Shown here in pieces: positions 1-10,070 of a stretch of 64,000 bases of DNA (its first letter is position 1; every line of letters starts with the position of its first letter). Below the pieces are notes generated by a model. The model was not told the DNA's origin, searched no databases, and saw only the letters and a list, made by a program, of their open reading frames with translations. This stretch comes from a virus. Where the stretch lies: positions 18,395 to 82,394 of IMG/VR virus record IMGVR_UViG_3300009163_003337, one strand, 5' to 3'. Position numbers and translations under genes: made by a program.

Positions 1-59
1 CTTTGCAAAGCTAGCTGAATTATCGGTTGTACTGCGTGTCGTAGGATATACTAATTAAT

Positions 60-221
60 ATGAAAGAGATAATATTTGAAGATCTAGAAGAGGTAGATTT
101 CTTAATGATTAGGAAGGTGCTTGAGGCATATAAAATAAACTTTCTAGACACATCGGCGTGCGCTCAGTTGACGTCAACTCATAAGAAAATACTAGAGATT
201 ATAAAGCAGTTAAGTGAATAA
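60..221 (+). CDS. small hypothetical protein (53 aa, MKEIIFEDLEEVDFLM...)
   Basis: ATG at 60 to TAA at 219-221 read manually; not in ORF track. Confidence 0.55.
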   Translation: MKEIIFEDLEEVDFLMIRKVLEAYKINFLDTSACAQLTSTHKKILEIIKQLSE

Positions 222-229
222 ATATATGT

Positions 230-442
230 GTGACTGCCTCAGAAAGAGCCATAGCACTCGGTGAAGAGTTTACTGAGTATATGCTTGTAGATGAGAAGCG
301 AAAAAGTATTATTATAAATATAGAGGATATTTATTTTAATATATTATACCGTGAATATAAAAGACTGGGCTTTTATATTAGACACGTAACTTATTTTAAA
401 GCAAAAAATATAATGACTTGTGTCTTCTCGGCAGATTGTTGA
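230..442 (+). CDS. hypothetical protein
   Basis: 70 aa ORF just after an AATAAATA late-promoter-like motif. Confidence 0.55.
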   Translation: MTASERAIALGEEFTEYMLVDEKRKSIIINIEDIYFNILYREYKRLGFYIRHVTYFKAKNIMTCVFSADC

Positions 443-450
443 TATAAATA
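443..450 (+). promoter_or_regulatory. T4-type late promoter TATAAATA
   Basis: exact TATAAATA directly before a structural-type gene; gp55 encoded in window. Confidence 0.7.
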
Positions 451-2067
451 ATGTATATGCAGTATCCTTTGTTTAGTATTACCCCAAAGGCAATTAATGT
501 TGTATCAAAATATGCATACTGCCCTCAGTTCGATATTGTGTGGTCTTTTGACTATGCTATAAGCGGCAATGCAGTTACAGAAGCGGGATTTACAGTTTTT
601 TTAACGCAGGATGTAAATGCCGTCGGCGGCAGCGGCGGGATCGATCTTGGTTATTCAGGTATCGGTAGAGTAATTGGACAAGGCCAAAACTACACTTATC
701 TCAATAAAGGTCTCTCGGGTGGTGTTATTGCAGTAGGCTTTGATACTACAGGCTCGTTTCCTCTAAGTACAACTAGTAGCTTTATACTGGAGCCAGGAAT
801 GACACTTCGTAATGGTATTGCAGATTCAGATCGAATATTAAATAGTGTCTCTATTAGAGCTTTGTCAAGTTTTGATTATAATGTATATAAATTTAATGTG
901 TCTATTAATGAACTCGATCCAACATTTAAGATTGTAGAGAGTGATCTTAGATATAAAACGATGAGAGTTAGATTAGGTAATATAGGTAGAACCCTATATA
1001 TTGATTACCGCTATACACCAGAAGACGTATTTCGTAATATACTTACTTATGATGTGGATTTAGGCTCAACGAGTGACACTAAGTATAAAGTTGGTGCGTC
1101 TTTCGCAACACCTATCTTTACAAACAGTATAACTCGCGTTGGAAATATTTTTATTAAGAATTTTCATACTGAGGGTAGTAGTGTATCTGGTACCATTGCG
1201 GCTGCAAGTAGTGTGTTGAATTTAGATAGCATATACAATAGTAATAATACAGCTGCTCAAAATGTTGATGAAGCTGAAACTCCGGAAATAGTAAGTACTG
1301 CTATATCGACTGAAAATATGATGGATGGTATGTCTACGATCATAAATACTTTTAATTCAGCTCAAATTATAACATTACCTGCTAATTCTATAGACGGCTA
1401 TAATTTTACATATCAGCTTCTCCTTTCAAGCGTAGGAGTACAGCCATTAAATACTGTATTGACACGAGTTGGTGTCTTTGAGTATAGGGGTGATAATTTA
1501 TATCTATTTAAAGAAAATAAGTGTACATACTGGACTCTTACTGGCTTAATAAACGGTGATCAACGTGCTGCTAACAACTCTACCAGTGTTAATAAGACGC
1601 TACCAACAAGCATTTTTACAACAACCTGTGGTACAGTTATAACTTTAACTTCTACCGCACATATAATAGTGCCTCCAATAGTGCCTCCGATACTACCTGT
1701 AATAACACCTACACCGTTTATTGTTGATTGTGGTGGTGTAGTTGAATATAGTGGTGAAAAAGGTACATATGAAGTTCTAGTTAATTTAGGCACCACAAAA
1801 GGTAGAGTCTCGTTTGATTATAATGCATATAATATTCAAGACCGGTTTCGAGTTAAGTGGAATAATGATGTGGTTATTGATACAGGCTATGTAGGTTACC
1901 CCTACGAAGAAAGTCCGCCGGATCCCCATATAGTCGGGGATGGTCAAGGCAGTACATCTTTCAATAAAATATCGGCGCTACCTTCAACTGCTTTAGTTAC
2001 AGTTGATGCACCGCTAGACGGTACGGAATGGACTTTTACAATGGGTTGCCCAGTACCTATACCGTAG
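451..2067 (+). CDS. putative virion protein with legume-lectin/ConA-like N-terminal domain and C-terminal beta domain
   Basis: GFTVFL..GGIDLGYSG..VAVGFDT lectin-like motifs, Pro-rich linker (PPIVPPILP), S/T/G-rich, late promoter. Confidence 0.55.
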   Translation: MYMQYPLFSITPKAINVVSKYAYCPQFDIVWSFDYAISGNAVTEAGFTVFLTQDVNAVGGSGGIDLGYSGIGRVIGQGQNYTYLNKGLSGGVIAVGFDTTGSFPLSTTSSFILEPGMTLRNGIADSDRILNSVSIRALSSFDYNVYKFNVSINELDPTFKIVESDLRYKTMRVRLGNIGRTLYIDYRYTPEDVFRNILTYDVDLGSTSDTKYKVGASFATPIFTNSITRVGNIFIKNFHTEGSSVSGTIAAASSVLNLDSIYNSNNTAAQNVDEAETPEIVSTAISTENMMDGMSTIINTFNSAQIITLPANSIDGYNFTYQLLLSSVGVQPLNTVLTRVGVFEYRGDNLYLFKENKCTYWTLTGLINGDQRAANNSTSVNKTLPTSIFTTTCGTVITLTSTAHIIVPPIVPPILPVITPTPFIVDCGGVVEYSGEKGTYEVLVNLGTTKGRVSFDYNAYNIQDRFRVKWNNDVVIDTGYVGYPYEESPPDPHIVGDGQGSTSFNKISALPSTALVTVDAPLDGTEWTFTMGCPVPIP

Positions 2068-2093
2068 CCGTAAGATTCGTATAATTACATCTC

Positions 2094-3086
2094 ATGATAA
2101 ATCAATCTACAGACATAAAAATTAGCCTACACGGACAGTATAAAATATCTATACAGTCTGATGATTGTATAGATTACGACTCTAACTGGTGTAATAATAC
2201 AATCTTATCAGGAGGCTTGGCGGAATTATACTCATATACATTTTTAGAAATTATGAGTCTACTAGATTTAGGAAGTAACTCAACTCTTGGTGGGTCTTCG
2301 GGTTATGGTCTATCGGGTGTAGTAAGCTCGATACTACCTTTTACTAATATCTATAATGACTTCAGGGATACCTTTATAGATAGCACCACTTCGAGAGTTT
2401 ATCACGCTTACTATACGTCGATTAAAGCGCCGTATGATATAACTGTGAGTGAGTTTGCAGTAAAACGGAAGCAAGCAGGTGTTGCTTTCGCGCGTAATGT
2501 GTTTACTGAGTCATACCAGGTGAAGAAGGGTCAACATATTAATTTTCAATATAGATTAAAGGTGAACTGGGAGTCAACCGTAGATACTAAATTACTTACA
2601 GTGAGTACAGGAACTTCATCCTTCACAGTACCTACAACATCAGCTACCTATAACATACCACATAACCGAGCTTACTATAATAATAATAAACTCGTACTTG
2701 CTAACACAGCAAATAGTATTATAGATAAATCAGCTCTGCCGCTATTTGGTGATAAATACCCCGGTGATGTATTTACTTTCGCAATTAATTCAAGTAACCA
2801 AAAATCTATTATTAACCCTATAGAGATCTCTAGAGGTCATAACGAAGGTAGAACATATAGTGTTAGTACAAGGTATAGTAATATAACGAGTCGTGCAGAT
2901 AGTGTAGCAATAAACTTTATTAATAATGCATACCTTGTTAGTGACGGTGAAATTGACATACCGTCTAATTGGTTCTATATAACTCGCTTCGCTTTTCCTA
3001 TTATAATTTATAACGAAGTAGCTGCATGTGCAGGTATAGCTACTTCAAATAAATTATCTCTCACATATAATTATACGTGGGGATAA
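2094..3086 (+). CDS. putative tail/baseplate-associated structural protein
   Basis: NTILSGGL..LDLGSNST pattern, S/T/N/Y-rich beta composition, follows structural gene. Confidence 0.45.
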   Translation: MINQSTDIKISLHGQYKISIQSDDCIDYDSNWCNNTILSGGLAELYSYTFLEIMSLLDLGSNSTLGGSSGYGLSGVVSSILPFTNIYNDFRDTFIDSTTSRVYHAYYTSIKAPYDITVSEFAVKRKQAGVAFARNVFTESYQVKKGQHINFQYRLKVNWESTVDTKLLTVSTGTSSFTVPTTSATYNIPHNRAYYNNNKLVLANTANSIIDKSALPLFGDKYPGDVFTFAINSSNQKSIINPIEISRGHNEGRTYSVSTRYSNITSRADSVAINFINNAYLVSDGEIDIPSNWFYITRFAFPIIIYNEVAACAGIATSNKLSLTYNYTWG

Positions 3087-3102
3087 ACAGCGACAGTATC
3101 AG

Positions 3103-3345
3103 TTAAATATTGCCCATCAGCGCTTCTACAGTTAAGTCATGCTTCATTGAATGAAAGCGTTCGTCAATGTACTTTTGAAACGCAAGTGGCTTAACCCACT
3201 CTATATTATCTTTACCGTATCCTAGCTCGTCACATTTATTTGAAACCTGCTCAACACCTTCAAGCAAACACACCCAGCGTGTTAACTCATCAATACCCAT
3301 ATCAACATTATTACCATTCTTAAGTTTAAATTTAAACGTTCTCAT
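3103..3345 (-). CDS. hypothetical protein
   Basis: 80 aa ORF, TATAAT close upstream of start. Confidence 0.65.
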   Translation of the reverse strand: MRTFKFKLKNGNNVDMGIDELTRWVCLLEGVEQVSNKCDELGYGKDNIEWVKPLAFQKYIDERFHSMKHDLTVEALMGNI

Positions 3346-3354
3346 TATATCTTA

Positions 3355-3771
3355 TTATATCATAGTTCCCTTCTTCTTAAGAACATCAAAAGCATTCTCA
3401 AGATTTAACGGCTCAGTTAACAAGACGGTATCGAAGGTAATATTGATGCGAAACTTACTGTTACACTTTGTACACAGCACAACATTATCTGAATTAATTA
3501 GTACTGGTATTTCTGATGTTACTTGGCCACACGGACAAGTCGTCTTTATAACCTGCGTCTGTAGAAGATTGTTAAATGCTGCTTGCGCTACATCATCATC
3601 GTTATGATGATCTTGCTTTATTTTAGATATATTGAAAATAATAACTAAAAAATGAGTGGTGATTGCAGCTGCGAATCCCTGCCAGAATCCTATTATATGT
3701 TGTAAAATAAACCCTATGGAAGTACTTACTATCAATATTAGTACTAGGGATAATAGTATTTTTTTATTCAT
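3355..3771 (-). CDS. membrane protein with C-terminal zinc ribbon
   Basis: two N-terminal hydrophobic helices; CPC...CTKC motif. Confidence 0.65.
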   Translation of the reverse strand: MNKKILLSLVLILIVSTSIGFILQHIIGFWQGFAAAITTHFLVIIFNISKIKQDHHNDDDVAQAAFNNLLQTQVIKTTCPCGQVTSEIPVLINSDNVVLCTKCNSKFRINITFDTVLLTEPLNLENAFDVLKKKGTMI

Positions 3772-4111
3772 ACCTCATTGTATGTGATAATTGTAATTTA
3801 TCAAGCAATTCTGGGATATCTTGTAAAATTTCATTACCAATATTATCAATAACATTTAAAATTGGTCTTGTAAGTCTTGTTTTCACCTGTGGATTTTTTT
3901 CTGCTGCAAGAACCATATTCCTAATATCTAAGAGATTTTTATAGAGTATACTAATTAATTCTTGCGACTTATCAAAGTCGAAGGGTAATACTTGAGGAGC
4001 AATATGTGTTGCTTTTTCATCCTTGAATTTTTGAATTTGACTTTGAGTGTTAAGATTGTTAATTGGATTAGGAGCTATACCTACACTATAAGGATTAGTT
4101 GCGATTGGCAT
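3764..4111 (-). CDS. hypothetical late protein
   Basis: 115 aa ORF; CATAAATA on minus strand just upstream. Confidence 0.65.
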   Translation of the reverse strand: MPIATNPYSVGIAPNPINNLNTQSQIQKFKDEKATHIAPQVLPFDFDKSQELISILYKNLLDIRNMVLAAEKNPQVKTRLTRPILNVIDNIGNEILQDIPELLDKLQLSHTMRYE

Positions 4112-4147
4112 TATAAATATTTATGCATTGGCATAAATATATTTATG
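4112..4147. promoter_or_regulatory. palindromic divergent late promoter pair
   Basis: ATAAATA on both strands; inverted repeat TATTTATGC-ATTG-GCATAAATA; 16-bp palindrome CATAAATATATTTATG. Confidence 0.65.
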
Positions 4148-4582
4148 ACGAAGTTTGAATCAAGATTTTTGAGAGTTTTAAGTGAGCAAGATATGGACCG
4201 TCAAGCGATGGAACAGTCACTTGATCAAGGCACGGATCCTGGTAAGTTTGATGTTAGTCCTACTAATGGCAATACAGATGCTGCGTCTCAACACCTTGCT
4301 GCTGCTGCTCAAGTTACTGCACAACAGCATGCCGAGTATGTAAAGCAAATAGAAGGTTGGTTTGCTGAAGTAAGAGAAATTTATAAGTTTCTTAATGCCT
4401 CGGATGGCGCGTCTATACTATCAGTAATATCTAATGCACCGGAAAAAACAATATTAAGCGAGGCTCTTGGTGAGAAAGCGTGTAGTCTAATAGAAAGAGC
4501 TGCAAAGGAAATTAGTGCTCTTAGCACCCTGCTAGAGTCCGCTATAAGCTCAAAGACTAAGCCTGAACTTGCAGGAGTCTAA
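4145..4582 (+). CDS. late protein with internal-protein-like N-terminus (MTKFESRFLRVLSE)
   Basis: ATG 4145 follows CATAAATA; ORF-track start 3992 overlaps opposite gene and is unlikely. Confidence 0.65.
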   Translation: MTKFESRFLRVLSEQDMDRQAMEQSLDQGTDPGKFDVSPTNGNTDAASQHLAAAAQVTAQQHAEYVKQIEGWFAEVREIYKFLNASDGASILSVISNAPEKTILSEALGEKACSLIERAAKEISALSTLLESAISSKTKPELAGV

Positions 4583-5624
4583 ATTTTTTAATCTCTGAAA
4601 GCTTAATAACCCCTTCAAGAGAATTGAAGGTGTTTTTTTGTATAAATTCTGCTGATATTTCGTCTACCTTACAATATATGGCGATATCGTTAAAGTCTTT
4701 AAATCGCTTACCGATTTTTTCAGGCCATATAAACACATTCTCACCGTTTAGTAGTAATGTCTCTGATTTCTTAAGTGAAGCATTATCAATCCACTGACTA
4801 TCAAGTACCCATATACGATCCATCCACCTTAGTGTTGTATCAACTTGTTTTTGCTGCCTTTCAGTAAACGTCGCGTTACCTCTTTCTGTAATTCCAGCTA
4901 CTGCAACACTATTTTTTGTAAAAAACGCATTAATAGGACCTTCAAAGATAAAAACACTCTTACTATCACTAGTAACCTTATCTATATTAAAGAGAGTCTT
5001 TTCAGCATTAATTCTCGAAACATATTTTGGTCGCGTCTTATTATCACTAGGTATTATTGTTCTAGATTGGTAGAATTCAATGTTACCCTGTTCACTTTTA
5101 AAAGGTAACACTAACCGATTTTTATGAACAGGATCTGTAAGTGATAGATAGAGGTTGTCAGGGCGGTTCACCGCTGTATCTAGACGTCTACCGTGAATTA
5201 ATGCTAAACAAGCGGATACAACGGGATTTGTACTGTAAAACTTAAGCTGCTGACTGTCACTCAAGTTAATAGAGTCTTTAGGTAGGGTTTCTGTCTTAGG
5301 CCTTACTAGAGGCTCATCAATAATAGGCAAAATCTCACGTTCACCAGTATAATTCTCAACTTCTGCAATAATTTCTGTATCAGTCTTACCCGATACTTCC
5401 TTAATCCACGTATAAGGCTTTCCAGACCAACCACAATTATGACAAAAGATATTGTCATTTTTTGGAATATAATAACAACGCTTTTTGTTGCCAAATGAAG
5501 AACCGCTACCCTCTCTACAAATAACACAACTTGCTTGGTAAGTATTATTAAACTTATTACGCTTAGGTCGGTGTGAATATTGAAAGAATTTTTCTACAAT
5601 ATAATCTTCTGGTAAACTAATCAT
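4557..5624 (-). CDS. gp61: DNA primase (T4 gp61-like)
   Basis: N-terminal Zn finger (CVIC...CHNC), TOPRIM FEGPINA..WVLD..KDFND. Confidence 0.9.
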   Translation of the reverse strand: MISLPEDYIVEKFFQYSHRPKRNKFNNTYQASCVICREGSGSSFGNKKRCYYIPKNDNIFCHNCGWSGKPYTWIKEVSGKTDTEIIAEVENYTGEREILPIIDEPLVRPKTETLPKDSINLSDSQQLKFYSTNPVVSACLALIHGRRLDTAVNRPDNLYLSLTDPVHKNRLVLPFKSEQGNIEFYQSRTIIPSDNKTRPKYVSRINAEKTLFNIDKVTSDSKSVFIFEGPINAFFTKNSVAVAGITERGNATFTERQQKQVDTTLRWMDRIWVLDSQWIDNASLKKSETLLLNGENVFIWPEKIGKRFKDFNDIAIYCKVDEISAEFIQKNTFNSLEGVIKLSEIKKFRLLQVQA

Positions 5625-6496
5625 ACAAACATTGATAATAGACGACTTTTTACAAAAAACAAGTTATACCAGTCTTCTCTCTTATTAAGAATAGAATTAA
5701 TATCATGCTCTTGGCATAATTCAATAAACTGTTGAAAGTTAGGCACGCAACTCAAAACAGCTGGCATTTGATTCTGATAATACATTAATTCATCACGGTT
5801 GTCAATAGATCTATATCTATCTAAGCGAAATATCTCCAAATTGCGTGTAAATATTAACTGCTCTTCTGTCGTGAGTTTAATATTGCCGTTCAGGTACTGT
5901 TGTACTCTAACCTTACCGAATTTAGGAATACCCGATACATTATCAGATTTATCACCCGTAAGACACTTAATAGTCATGAAATTAGCTTGATCATAACCTA
6001 CAAGTGTAGTAAAGTTATCTTGATTTACTTCTGTTTTACGTATTGGATCGTAAACAGCTACCTTAGCATTAACCAACTGCAAGAAGTCCTTATCAGCAGA
6101 TACAATTATCTTAGAGCCTTCAAGCGACTCAGATAAGTATGCAATAACATCATCAGCTTCTAAACTACGTGGAAAGATAGACTGTATACCTAAGGTATAA
6201 AGAAATTCTTTAATCGTTTCATTATTTTTATGCGGCGACTCATCACTAGACCTGTTACCCTTATAATCTGTTAAAAGATCTTTACGCGTATTACGTTGAT
6301 AATCCGGCTTTTCATCCCAACATGCGATGATTTTATCTGGTTTATAAGTATTAACGTAGCTTTTAATTGCATTGAGTGTAAAGTAAATATGAAAACTATC
6401 TAGTTTAGCTTGATTTTCAGTACCTGCAACATTCTTTGCCGTCCAAAAAGTGCGGTGTATTGCATTATTCATATCCATTAGGAGAGTCTTACTCAT
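5621..6496 (-). CDS. rnh: RNase H / 5'-3' exonuclease (T4 rnh-like)
   Basis: LLMDMNN, YKGNR, EADDVIA, SADKDFLQL, GDKSDNVSGI motifs. Confidence 0.92.
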   Translation of the reverse strand: MSKTLLMDMNNAIHRTFWTAKNVAGTENQAKLDSFHIYFTLNAIKSYVNTYKPDKIIACWDEKPDYQRNTRKDLLTDYKGNRSSDESPHKNNETIKEFLYTLGIQSIFPRSLEADDVIAYLSESLEGSKIIVSADKDFLQLVNAKVAVYDPIRKTEVNQDNFTTLVGYDQANFMTIKCLTGDKSDNVSGIPKFGKVRVQQYLNGNIKLTTEEQLIFTRNLEIFRLDRYRSIDNRDELMYYQNQMPAVLSCVPNFQQFIELCQEHDINSILNKREDWYNLFFVKSRLLSMFV

Positions 6497-6541
6497 ATAC
6501 CCATATTATCATAGTTCCTTATAAATTTAATAATAGCAATT

Positions 6542-6817
6542 CTATGCCTCGACAGATTCATTTTGTTCATACAACGCTAAACATACCTTAAACACGTCAT
6601 CTGGTACTGTCTCTACATATTTAAGTATATCATTACTTCTTGCAAGCTCATATGACTCAAAAGGTACATGCCTGTTCTTTTTTGTAGGTATAGCAAGAAA
6701 ATTATGAGTCGTAGATGTTGTTTTAACAAACAACATCATTTCACCAGCATATTGACCATGGTGTACAGCGTATACACTACCTATTGTCGGTATATCATGA
6801 TTGCTCATTAGTCTCAA
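6542..6817 (-). CDS. hypothetical protein
   Basis: ORF inside replication operon. Confidence 0.65.
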   Translation of the reverse strand: MRLMSNHDIPTIGSVYAVHHGQYAGEMMLFVKTTSTTHNFLAIPTKKNRHVPFESYELARSNDILKYVETVPDDVFKVCLALYEQNESVEA

Positions 6818-7121
6818 TTTGAGATATGCCGTGTGTAATTAAGCTAGTAATTATTACCTCCATTGACGATGTCTTAAGTGAGTAATTTCGTGGATATAAA
6901 CGACCACCATCATTAAACTCAAACATCATTTCACCCTTAAAATCCTTGTTTTCATAACATGTAATAAATAGTGAAGCATTACCTGGATCAACTAGAATTG
7001 TCCACTTTCTAGGGTCCGAATTAGCATAACACGTATTTATTTTCCAGGTGTTAATCTGGCAGTCTTTTAAGCGCTTTACAAAATACGATAGTGTTGTGAT
7101 TTTATTTTTAAGTATTCTCAT
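6795..7121 (-). CDS. hypothetical protein
   Basis: ORF with 4-nt overlap to gp45. Confidence 0.7.
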   Translation of the reverse strand: MRILKNKITTLSYFVKRLKDCQINTWKINTCYANSDPRKWTILVDPGNASLFITCYENKDFKGEMMFEFNDGGRLYPRNYSLKTSSMEVIITSLITHGISQIETNEQS

Positions 7122-7852
7122 TGTGTTAGTGATGTGATTATATACGTAAGTTTAATATCAGGTGATACTATACTAAAGCAACATATACCATGCTCAGTAT
7201 TAATACTTACATCAATAGTATTGTTTATCACATTTAAAAGTTTAATATTATCTAAGTTTAGAGGTAGCGGTAAAAGCTCAAAATCTACAATTCCAAGATC
7301 TAGGCAAAGTGCATCAGTGTTATGCCTAGCTCTGTCAGTAAGCTCTGCTTTAAGAGACTTACCGTCCGTATACAAATATAATTTATTTGTATCTGTTGCA
7401 AAAGTACTACCTTTTATAATATTTTGTAAAACCTCTTTCGTTATTTGAAAGTTAATATTATACTTAAACCCTTTAATTTTTTCAACATTAATAGATGGCT
7501 TACTAAGTAGTCCATCTTCATATAGATGATATTTAAATTTAAGACTATTACCTTCATATTGATAGTTATTTGAATTAACTATTAATTTAATATCCTTCGT
7601 ATTAATACTATCTAGAACTCTTATAAGCTTCTTAACATCTGGTATATTATTTGTAGCTGTAAAGTTAGTATCGATTGAAGATAGCTCTGCGGATAAAATA
7701 AGTGTATTATCCGCAGAGCAAGCTAAGCAAGAAATAGAGCCCCCACCTTCTTCATGAATATTTAAAATTGCTGACTCATTTACCTTTGATAAACTGTCTA
7801 AAAATTTTATAAATTCAGAACGCTTTTGTATCTTTAGTTCTCTTTGATCCAT
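7118..7852 (-). CDS. gp45: sliding clamp (T4 gp45-like)
   Basis: ~245 aa, FLDSLSKVNESAIL, NIPDVKKLIRVL, C-terminal YII; context next to gp32/rnh. Confidence 0.75.
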   Translation of the reverse strand: MDQRELKIQKRSEFIKFLDSLSKVNESAILNIHEEGGGSISCLACSADNTLILSAELSSIDTNFTATNNIPDVKKLIRVLDSINTKDIKLIVNSNNYQYEGNSLKFKYHLYEDGLLSKPSINVEKIKGFKYNINFQITKEVLQNIIKGSTFATDTNKLYLYTDGKSLKAELTDRARHNTDALCLDLGIVDFELLPLPLNLDNIKLLNVINNTIDVSINTEHGICCFSIVSPDIKLTYIITSLTQ

Positions 7853-8231
7853 TGTATGTCTCAAGTGTAGATGCTATATTAGCTAAGTTCAAGCTTATTG
7901 ATTGTAATACCTCCAATACTTTATCACTTACAACTACTGGCTGTACTTCAGCCATATGTACAATTGGTGTAACAACTTCATCGTATACAGGTAAATCCGG
8001 TGTATTAGGTATAGGAGAGGTAGCTAATTCAGCAGATATATAAGGTTGATCATCTGCGCGTTCACGGGTTGTTGAACGTAAAACTTCACCAAACTGCTTT
8101 TCGATACCAACACTTATTGGGTTAATATTGCCAGAGTTACTCATTACCATTTGATCTGTTTGCTTGGCTAAACCATGCATAGTACCAGCAAATGCAAGAA
8201 ACGCTTGCTTTTCTGCTTCTGTCATGTGCAT
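7815..8231 (-). CDS. hypothetical protein
   Basis: ORF between gp32 and gp45. Confidence 0.65.
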   Translation of the reverse strand: MHMTEAEKQAFLAFAGTMHGLAKQTDQMVMSNSGNINPISVGIEKQFGEVLRSTTRERADDQPYISAELATSPIPNTPDLPVYDEVVTPIVHMAEVQPVVVSDKVLEVLQSISLNLANIASTLETYNGSKRTKDTKAF

Positions 8232-8234
8232 AAA

Positions 8235-9086
8235 TTATAGATCTTTTAGAAGTTCGTCGATTTCATCATCAATTGATGTATCTTGATATTGTGGCTTTTT
8301 AAATGGTGGAGCTTCTTCCTGAATAGGGCTAGCTTTAACATAAGTCTGAGCTGGTGATACAGTAGCTTCTTCTGCTGATCTACAGTAGTAATGCTCGTCA
8401 ATCATTTGCTTTAGGTCATCGTACGATTTAAGAGTAAAGACCTTTGTAAGGTCAAAAGTATTATCATAGATTTTCTTTTGCTCATCTTCACTCAAGCTAA
8501 GCTTACCTGCTGATGTAAATCTTGAAGATACATAGGTTGGAAACTCTCCTTGATTTTCACACTTAATTTTAAAATTGACTCCTGTAGAACCAAGATCAAA
8601 GATCCGCGGACCAAACTCCTCCGCATCTTCACCTTCGATGGCTTCCATGATAATCTTATGAAGCTGCTTACCGTATCGAAGAATTTTAACCTTACCGTTA
8701 TTATCAGGATTCTGCGAATCGTCTACCACATAGACATTAACGAGATACTTCTCAATACGCTTAATAACTTTAACCTTTTCTTTATCATCTTCTGAGCCTG
8801 ACCGTAAAATTTTAAATCGCTCTTCAGCGATTGGATCACGATCACCGAACGTCATCGGAGAAAGAGCTTGTACGTACTGACCCGTTGCAAACGATGGCCA
8901 ACCGTGATTATAATAGTGGAAGAATGTGTTCTTTGGATCTTTAGCGAACGGCAGCAATCTAACTGTATAGGTATGACCTGGTGAAGTCTTCATGATTTCA
9001 TTAAAGGTAGAGTTGCTATTTTCACCCTCTGTCTTAACGAGGGCGTCTTTTATGGATTGAAACATAGATGTATTGAATGTACTCAT
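8235..9086 (-). CDS. gp32: single-stranded DNA-binding protein (T4 gp32-like)
   Basis: VRLLP, NVYVVDD..NPDNNGKVKILRYGKQL, GVNFKIK, acidic tail DDEIDELLKDL. Confidence 0.92.
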   Translation of the reverse strand: MSTFNTSMFQSIKDALVKTEGENSNSTFNEIMKTSPGHTYTVRLLPFAKDPKNTFFHYYNHGWPSFATGQYVQALSPMTFGDRDPIAEERFKILRSGSEDDKEKVKVIKRIEKYLVNVYVVDDSQNPDNNGKVKILRYGKQLHKIIMEAIEGEDAEEFGPRIFDLGSTGVNFKIKCENQGEFPTYVSSRFTSAGKLSLSEDEQKKIYDNTFDLTKVFTLKSYDDLKQMIDEHYYCRSAEEATVSPAQTYVKASPIQEEAPPFKKPQYQDTSIDDEIDELLKDL

Positions 9087-9123
9087 TGATTTGTTGGTTT
9101 ATATTTTATTGGCTTGTTATTTA

Positions 9124-9786
9124 TTATACGCTGGTAGTTTGACTTTGCAAGAGCTGAATTTCTATTATTTTAAGAGCTGCACTAATAACGTGCTTTAGTT
9201 TTTGTGATTGCGCAAGGATTAGACGCGTTTTATTTAGAATATCGTGAAAGTCTTTTATAAAGAAGTCGAGTAGGTCAGGCTCTACTAGCTTAAGTGTTTT
9301 ACTGCATTCTAATCCGTGGAGGATATAAAAATTTATCTTGTGATCTCGTAGGTGCTGCAATACAATTGGATTATTACCTAAATTGATTACTTTATATTGC
9401 GCTAAGGTTATATTATTTGCACGACAGTATCGAAGAATAAAAGTACAGCTTCTCTTGCAAGCGTTGATTGTATCTTCAGTATCGGGTAATGCTGTTTCTT
9501 TTTTGCGTATGTATGTTGTATAGCACGCTATTGCTTTTGATGTTTTAAAGAACTGTAGGTCAAAGTATGTCTCATCTTGATATACTTTATATGGTGCCGT
9601 AAAAAACTCTAACATGTTGACTTCGTTGTTTGAAGCAAACAAGAAGTTTAGCTTCTTAAGAGCAATGTAGTCTGCATCTGAGAGTTTGTCGAAGTTTTGA
9701 CGTAATTTAAAAGGTAACCCCTTAATAGTACGTTGAGCGATAAGAAAAGAATTGTATATTTTTTTTTCTACTTCTGTTAGAGGCAT
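9124..9786 (-). CDS. possible helicase loader (gp59-like) or hypothetical protein
   Basis: 220 aa basic helical protein adjacent to gp32, as gp59 is in T4; positional evidence mainly. Confidence 0.4.
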   Translation of the reverse strand: MPLTEVEKKIYNSFLIAQRTIKGLPFKLRQNFDKLSDADYIALKKLNFLFASNNEVNMLEFFTAPYKVYQDETYFDLQFFKTSKAIACYTTYIRKKETALPDTEDTINACKRSCTFILRYCRANNITLAQYKVINLGNNPIVLQHLRDHKINFYILHGLECSKTLKLVEPDLLDFFIKDFHDILNKTRLILAQSQKLKHVISAALKIIEIQLLQSQTTSV

Positions 9787-10070
9787 AATTTAGCATTGTT
9801 GTTCAAATATTTAGTTATGTACTTACTTTTGGTAATAGTAGGATCATAATCTAAAAATATTTTAACTACCTCGTAATTAGATTCAACTCCTAAAATTGCT
9901 TTGAGTATATTTCTTAAGGTTTCATCCTGTAGGGCTATAATAAACACATTTTGAAACGATAGTTTCTTGCCTTTAAGTAAAGTACAGAAAGAACAAAATG
10001 AAAGTAGAATGTGTTCACTCTCTAAGTCTATTGTCCTCTGATATGGTGTCGTTATAGGTGTTAGGTACAT
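9777..10070 (-). CDS. hypothetical protein
   Basis: overlapping ORF in operon. Confidence 0.65.
   Translation of the reverse strand: MYLTPITTPYQRTIDLESEHILLSFCSFCTLLKGKKLSFQNVFIIALQDETLRNILKAILGVESNYEVVKIFLDYDPTITKSKYITKYLNNNAKLCL

Noticed and set aside
166-179. 14-bp palindrome AGTTGACGTCAACT
   Set aside because: Single copy inside a coding region, no supporting context
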